Made by a program: the position numbers and the translations under genes. Shown piece after piece: positions 59,100-64,000 of a stretch of 64,000 bases of DNA. Within the stretch, counting starts at the first letter, position 1; each line of letters opens with the position of its first letter. The notes under the pieces were generated by a model. That model ran no database searches. It was given only the letters and a program-made list of their open reading frames with translations, and was not told the DNA's origin. Source of the DNA: Abditibacterium sp. (lineage in GTDB: Bacteria > Armatimonadota > Abditibacteriia > Abditibacteriales > Abditibacteriaceae). Location: assembly GCA_965246885.1 (NCBI GenBank), contig OZ251992.1, positions 1,824,001 through 1,888,000 of the forward strand, read 5' to 3'.

Positions 59100-61034
59100 C
59101 TACTGCACCTCCTCAACCCCCTCGCACCACGCCAGCACTTCCCCGAAGCGGTAACTTTCCAAGCGTCCGCAGAGCGGGTGTTTCATCAGGCGGGCCTTGG
59201 ACAGGGCGGGGGAGTTGAGGCCGCACAGGAAGCGCGCGGTTTGGCGGGGGGAGGCAAGGGCTTCGGGGTGCGCGGAGCGCACGGAGTCTAACTCGGCGCG
59301 CGGGATGACGGATTCTATGGGCGCTCTCTCCGATTCGGGCGGAAGTGTGGCGGCCTTTCCACTCACGCAAAAGGAGCAGTGGCCGCACGGCTGGGCGCGC
59401 TTTTCGCCGAAGTAGGCGACGAGGGCGTTGGTTTGGCATTTGGCGCACTCGACCAGACGGAGCACGTCGCCGATGCGCTTGATTTCGGCGACCTCGCGGG
59501 CGGCAAACTTTTCCATCAGCCCCGCGACGAGCGCGGGCTTGTCCCAATCGGGCTGGGTGCGCTCGAACTGGTGGCGCAGGTCGCTGGCTTTGACCTGCGC
59601 GACATTCTTCTGTTCCATCAGTTCGACGGCGCGCACGACTTGGGCGCGCGGGCACCCCAAGCGCTCCGCCGCCGCGTCGGGGTCTATCTTGAGCCATTTA
59701 TCTCCGCGCTTCGAGACGCTCACGATGTTGCGCAGGAAGTCCGTTGCTTTGGGCGTGAACGCCTCGTAAACGGAGTTCCAGTTGCCCATCGGCGCCACCT
59801 CGTAGCCCGCGTAAAAGGGCGTGCCCTGCTTGATGACGCCGTCTAATTCGAGGTAGGTCAGCGCAGTGCGCAGGACGAGAGAGCGCAAATCGCAAGACTG
59901 CGAGAGTTCGTTTTCCTTGACGGCAAAGCGCTCTCCCATCCCGTCGAGGGCATCTATCAGCGTGGCAAGCGCGTCTTGCGTGGGCGTGTCGCCATAAACG
60001 AAGTTTTCGAGGGTGGACACGTCGTCGCGGCAAGCGAAGAGTTCGACAATGGCGGGTTTGCCATCGCGTCCGGCGCGCCCGATCTCTTGCGCGTAAGATT
60101 CCAATCCTTTGGGCAGGTTGAAGTGGTAGATATAGCGCACGTCGCTTTTGTCTATGCCCATGCCAAAGGCGATGGTGGCGACGACGACGCGGTTCGCGCC
60201 GCTCATCCACCAATCCTGCGTTCCGGCGCGCACGTCCGGCTCCATTCCGGCGTGATAGGCGCGGGCATCCACGCCGTTGCTTGCCAAAAACGCCGCGACT
60301 TCTTCGGCGGTCTTTTGGAGCGTAACATACACGACCGTCGAACCCGGCGGGCGTTTTTGCAAGCGCGCAAGGAGCAAGTCGTGGCGGCGATGAGCGGGCG
60401 TGGGTGTCAGGCACATCTTCAAATTCGCCCGGTAAAAGCCGGTGTTGACCGCGCCCTTGGCGGGGATGCCGAAGCGCTCGCAGATGGAGCGCGCGACTTT
60501 GGGCGTGGCCGTCGCGGTGAGCGCGAGGATGCGCGGGACGCGAAGCTCCTCGGCGAAGCGGCCCAACTTGAGGTAGTCGGGGCGGAAGTTGTGGCCCCAT
60601 TCGGAGATGCAGTGCGCTTCGTCAACGGCGAAGAGGGAGAGGTTCGAGGCGCCGAGCAGGGCGCGGAATCGTTCGTTGTTGAAGCGTTCGGGCGCGACAT
60701 ACAGCAGCTTCAATCGCCCCGCGCGCAGGTCGTCGGCGACGGCGCGGGCGGTGTCGGCGTCTTGGCTGGAATCGAGCCGCGCGGCGGCGATGCCCTTACT
60801 CGTGAGGAAGTCAATCTGGTCTTTCATCAAGGCGAGCAGGGGAGACACGACGAGCGTCGTGCCGTCGAGCGCGAGGGCGGGTAGCTGGTAGCAGAGCGAC
60901 TTCCCGGCGCCCGTCGGGAACACTGCCAAGGCGCGGCCCGACCCTTGGAGCAGTTCGTCCACGACCTCGAACTGACCCGCGCGGAAGCCGGGGAAGCCGA
61001 AGGTGGACTGGAGGATGTCGAGGGGGTCTGGCAT
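59100..61034 (-). CDS. recQ: RecQ family ATP-dependent DNA helicase
   Basis: PTGAGKSLCYQ, VDEAHCISEWGHNFRPDY, ATIAFGMGIDK, QEIGRAGRDG, CGHC. Confidence 0.95.
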   Translation of the reverse strand: MPDPLDILQSTFGFPGFRAGQFEVVDELLQGSGRALAVFPTGAGKSLCYQLPALALDGTTLVVSPLLALMKDQIDFLTSKGIAAARLDSSQDADTARAVADDLRAGRLKLLYVAPERFNNERFRALLGASNLSLFAVDEAHCISEWGHNFRPDYLKLGRFAEELRVPRILALTATATPKVARSICERFGIPAKGAVNTGFYRANLKMCLTPTPAHRRHDLLLARLQKRPPGSTVVYVTLQKTAEEVAAFLASNGVDARAYHAGMEPDVRAGTQDWWMSGANRVVVATIAFGMGIDKSDVRYIYHFNLPKGLESYAQEIGRAGRDGKPAIVELFACRDDVSTLENFVYGDTPTQDALATLIDALDGMGERFAVKENELSQSCDLRSLVLRTALTYLELDGVIKQGTPFYAGYEVAPMGNWNSVYEAFTPKATDFLRNIVSVSKRGDKWLKIDPDAAAERLGCPRAQVVRAVELMEQKNVAQVKASDLRHQFERTQPDWDKPALVAGLMEKFAAREVAEIKRIGDVLRLVECAKCQTNALVAYFGEKRAQPCGHCSFCVSGKAATLPPESERAPIESVIPRAELDSVRSAHPEALASPRQTARFLCGLNSPALSKARLMKHPLCGRLESYRFGEVLAWCEGVEEVQ

Positions 61035-61037
61035 GGC

Positions 61038-62180
61038 TTACGCTAAAAGGGCCGCGCCCGCTTCGGCGTCGCACACCCAGCCGCGCGCGTGGCGGTTAGT
61101 GGCGATCTCGTAGTCGTGCCGTAAACGTTCGATGAACCCTTCCGCTTGGGCGCGCTCCAACAGTGTGACGGTGCAGCCGCCAAAGCCCGCGCCCGTCATG
61201 CGACTGCCGAGCACGCCCGGTTGCTTGCGCGCCCAGTCGGTGAGGAAGTCAAGCTCCATGCTGGTGACGGCGTAGAGGTCGCGGAGCGAGGCGTGGGACT
61301 CGTTCATCAGGGCGCCAAAGCGGATCATGTCGCCGCTTTCGAGAGCAGCGACGGCGTTGAGAGTGCGCGCGATTTCACCGACGACGTGCGCGACGCGGTG
61401 CGCGACCTCTTCGGGCAAATCTGAGTGGTGCGCTGCCAACTGGTCGGGGGAAATGTCGCGCAGGCTCTTGGCGTCGGGATACCATCGGCGCAGGAGCGCC
61501 AAGCCTTGCTCGCACTGGGCGCGGCGCGCGTTGTAAGCACTCGACGCTAACTCGCGCGGCGCGGCGGAATCAATCACAACAAGCGCGTGCTCCTTCAACT
61601 GGAACGGCACTTGGCGGATGGCGTTGGTGCGGCAATCGAGCAGGAGAGCGTGGTCTTTGGCGCAGGCCGCGACCGCCATTTGATCCATGATGCCGCAGTT
61701 GACGCCGACGAACTCGTTCTCGGCGCGCTGGCACAGGAGCGCAATTTCGGTGGGGGACTTCTCGACGCCCGCCAACTCCAAGAACGCGAGCGCGACGGCG
61801 ACTTCAAAGCTGGCCGAGGAAGAAAGGCCCGACGCGAGCGGGATGTCGGATGCGATGGCGCCCTCGAAGCCGCCCAGTTCGATGCCTGCGTCTTGCAACG
61901 CCCATGCGACGGCTTGGGCGTAGTCTATCCATGACCCCTCGCGCTGTAAGTGGTCGAGCGAAAAGTCAACGGTCGCATCGAAAAGCGGGGAATAGAGCGC
62001 GACGCGGCGGTCGGCGCGCGGGCGGAACACGAGGTCGGTTTGCAGGGAAACCGCGATGGGAAGCACGAAGCCGCAGTTGTAGTCCACGTGTTCGCCGATA
62101 AGGTTGACGCGTCCGGGCGAGCGGAGCGCGTGCGACGCCTCGCCGCCGAACTGCGCCGTGAAAAGGGAGTGGAGATTCAT
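61038..62180 (-). CDS. galK: Galactokinase
   Basis: PGRVNLIGEHVDYN, GLSSSAS, CGIMDQ, RMTGAGFGGC. Confidence 0.97.
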   Translation of the reverse strand: MNLHSLFTAQFGGEASHALRSPGRVNLIGEHVDYNCGFVLPIAVSLQTDLVFRPRADRRVALYSPLFDATVDFSLDHLQREGSWIDYAQAVAWALQDAGIELGGFEGAIASDIPLASGLSSSASFEVAVALAFLELAGVEKSPTEIALLCQRAENEFVGVNCGIMDQMAVAACAKDHALLLDCRTNAIRQVPFQLKEHALVVIDSAAPRELASSAYNARRAQCEQGLALLRRWYPDAKSLRDISPDQLAAHHSDLPEEVAHRVAHVVGEIARTLNAVAALESGDMIRFGALMNESHASLRDLYAVTSMELDFLTDWARKQPGVLGSRMTGAGFGGCTVTLLERAQAEGFIERLRHDYEIATNRHARGWVCDAEAGAALLA

Positions 62181-62250
62181 GGAGAAAAAGGTTAGCGCGC
62201 CGCCCCGCACCGGGACAGGGGCAATGTGGGGTGCGCGCTAAAATAAGGCT

Positions 62251-62387
62251 ATGAGCATCATCATCGAAACCCAACCGCCGAATCTGTGCTGCAAGCATTG
62301 CAACAAGAATCCGCCGACGAGGAAATGGCTGCGTGGCGCGTGGCGTCGGTTCACTCCCCTCGGCACTTCTTCGAGGAGCAGGCGTGA
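62251..62387 (+). pseudogene. Possible frameshifted small protein gene remnant
   Basis: TAAAAT 6 nt before the ATG; MSIIIE then, after a frame change, PTAESVLQALQQESADEEMAAWRVAS...FFEEQA*. Confidence 0.35.
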
Positions 62388-62446
62388 GAGAAAGTTGATT
62401 GGAGGGAGGAGGCGACCCCGCTCGGATGAACTGGAGCAAAGCAAAA

Positions 62447-62542
62447 GGCAGAGTTGTCATGCTGAGCCTGTGAAGGATATACAAACACACCGTCTGCCCA
62501 GTAACGATAGATCCTTCACCGGCTCAGCATGACGACTCTGCC
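62447..62542. repeat. 32-bp inverted repeat of the GTCATGCTGAGC (CGTC/TGTC-tagged) type
   Basis: GGCAGAGTTGTCATGCTGAGCCTGTGAAGGAT ... ATCCTTCACCGGCTCAGCATGACGACTCTGCC. Confidence 0.85.
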
Positions 62543-62560
62543 GACATTATACGCGCGCGC

Positions 62561-63967
62561 TTACATCCGTTGTTTAAGCGGCAGTAGGATTGTGAAAGTG
62601 GTGCCCACGCCCAGTTCGCTTTGTACGGCGACGTGACCGCGATGGCGGCGCACGATGTCGGCGACGATGCGCGTTCCTAAACCCGTCCCCCCCGGTTTAG
62701 TGGAGATGGCTTCGTCGGAAAACAGCGCTCCGCGCACTTCGGGCGTCATGCCGCGCCCGGTGTCGGCGACTTCGATGATGAAGCTGTCTTCTTGTGGCCC
62801 TAATCGGCGCGTGCGCAGGCACACCACGCCGCCTTCGGGCGTTTCGGGGATGGCGTTGCTAACGAGGTTGTACAGAGCGTTATAAATCAGCTTGTGGTCT
62901 ATCTCGGCGGGCGGAAGCGTCATGTCGAAGTCAGGCGCCAAGTCCACTTGGCAGTCGTGGGCGACCAAGCGGAGCGCGGCAATCACTTCGAGGCAGACGG
63001 AGTGAATGTCCTCTTCGACAAAGCGCGGCGGGGCCGAAACGCCCTTCACCGCGTCGGCGATCTCTTTGGTGCGGATTTGCACGCGCTCGGCGGCGTCGAG
63101 GGCGTTTTGCAAAATCCACTCGTACTCCTCGCGCGCCATTTGCGTGGCTCCCATCACGCGGTCGCGCCACTCGGTGGGCATGTGGGCGCACTCGGTTTCA
63201 AGGGCTTGCCACGTTTGGCGCAGGAGTGGGTCGAGCGTCCACACGCCAGTTTGGATGGGCGTGAGCATGTTCTTGATGTCGTGGGACACATCGCCGATCA
63301 GGTTCACCATCGCCGCTTTGCGCGCGCCCTGTTCGAGCCGCGCGTTTTCGATGGCAATGGCCGCCTGCCCCGCGACTACGCTCAGTACTTCGAGGTCGTA
63401 AGAGTCGTAGTTCTCCGAGAAGTTGAGCACCTGCATGACGCCGATGGGCGAGTGGCCGGGACGCTTAATCGGGACGGTCGCCATGCTTTGCGTCACAAAG
63501 CCGGTTTGCGCGTCCACGTCGCGGTTGAACTCCGAGGAGTTCTGCACATCGCCCGTGATGTCGGGCATCCCCGACCGAAACACGCGGCCCGAAATGCCCT
63601 GCGAGGCGGGCATGGTGAAGCCGAGCAGCCGTTCCGAGGCGGGGCCGACGACGTAGCGAAACACGAGATGGTCGCGCGTCGGGTCGTGCATTTGAATCGA
63701 ACCCGCGCCCGCGCCGACGGTTTCCATCGCAATGACGAGCGTTTGGCGGATGAGCGATTCGGTGGAGTGCTGGGCGAACAGCGCCGCCGAAGAGCGGCTC
63801 ATCGCCTCGATTTGGCGCTCGCGGTGCTCCAAAGCGCGGCGGAACTCCTCCAAGGAAGTGGGCGGCGTCGGGGGCGCGATGCCGTCCGTCGCTGGCGCGG
63901 CAACGGTGGACGCGGCTCCATCGAGCGAAGCGGGTGAGGGAACGTCGGGTGGAGAAGAGAAGCGCAC
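62561..63967 (-). CDS. Cytoplasmic GAF-domain sensor histidine kinase
   Basis: GAF (GISGRV, D..TGF.TQS...VP, AAIAIENARL), H-box SHDIKN, N-box, DTGRG, GGTGLG, GTTF. Confidence 0.93.
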   Translation of the reverse strand: MRFSSPPDVPSPASLDGAASTVAAPATDGIAPPTPPTSLEEFRRALEHRERQIEAMSRSSAALFAQHSTESLIRQTLVIAMETVGAGAGSIQMHDPTRDHLVFRYVVGPASERLLGFTMPASQGISGRVFRSGMPDITGDVQNSSEFNRDVDAQTGFVTQSMATVPIKRPGHSPIGVMQVLNFSENYDSYDLEVLSVVAGQAAIAIENARLEQGARKAAMVNLIGDVSHDIKNMLTPIQTGVWTLDPLLRQTWQALETECAHMPTEWRDRVMGATQMAREEYEWILQNALDAAERVQIRTKEIADAVKGVSAPPRFVEEDIHSVCLEVIAALRLVAHDCQVDLAPDFDMTLPPAEIDHKLIYNALYNLVSNAIPETPEGGVVCLRTRRLGPQEDSFIIEVADTGRGMTPEVRGALFSDEAISTKPGGTGLGTRIVADIVRRHRGHVAVQSELGVGTTFTILLPLKQRM

Positions 63968-64000
63968 GGCAGGAGGAAATCTTGAGAAAGGTTTACCTAT

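Overview
GC-rich bacterial chromosomal window. The gene repertoire (two DUF1559 prepilin/H-X9-DG proteins, duplicated ABC-2 permeases, an lptA-lptB-lptF/G-DUF3084-yqgF block) suggests Armatimonadota/Abditibacteriota, which is an inference. It contains housekeeping genes (mutL 3' end, nusA-ylxR-infB, tsaB, rimI, pyrH, typA, recQ, galK, lspA, lgt, aat, dacB) and three tRNAs (Ile-GAT, Cys-GCA, Gln-CTG). It also carries envelope and polysaccharide genes, C50-carotenoid genes (lycopene elongase plus CruF), a hicAB pair and small toxin-antitoxin-like remnants. No CRISPR array, rRNA, integrase or transposase was seen. The notable items are: (1) five intergenic arrays with 21-bp periodicity from about four sequence families, one family occurring at two distant loci; (2) a two-gene synthase plus giant TPR/beta-barrel exopolysaccharide module whose synthase has a ~500-aa unknown C-terminal domain and no visible PilZ motif; (3) several different REP/REPIN-like inverted repeats; (4) recurrent -10-like hexamers 6-8 nt before start codons, suggesting leaderless mRNAs; (5) a non-canonical MutL endonuclease motif, a hicA start apparently lost in the typA stop, a frameshifted permease and genes with internal composition shifts. 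All calls come from reading motifs by eye, and no database searches were run.
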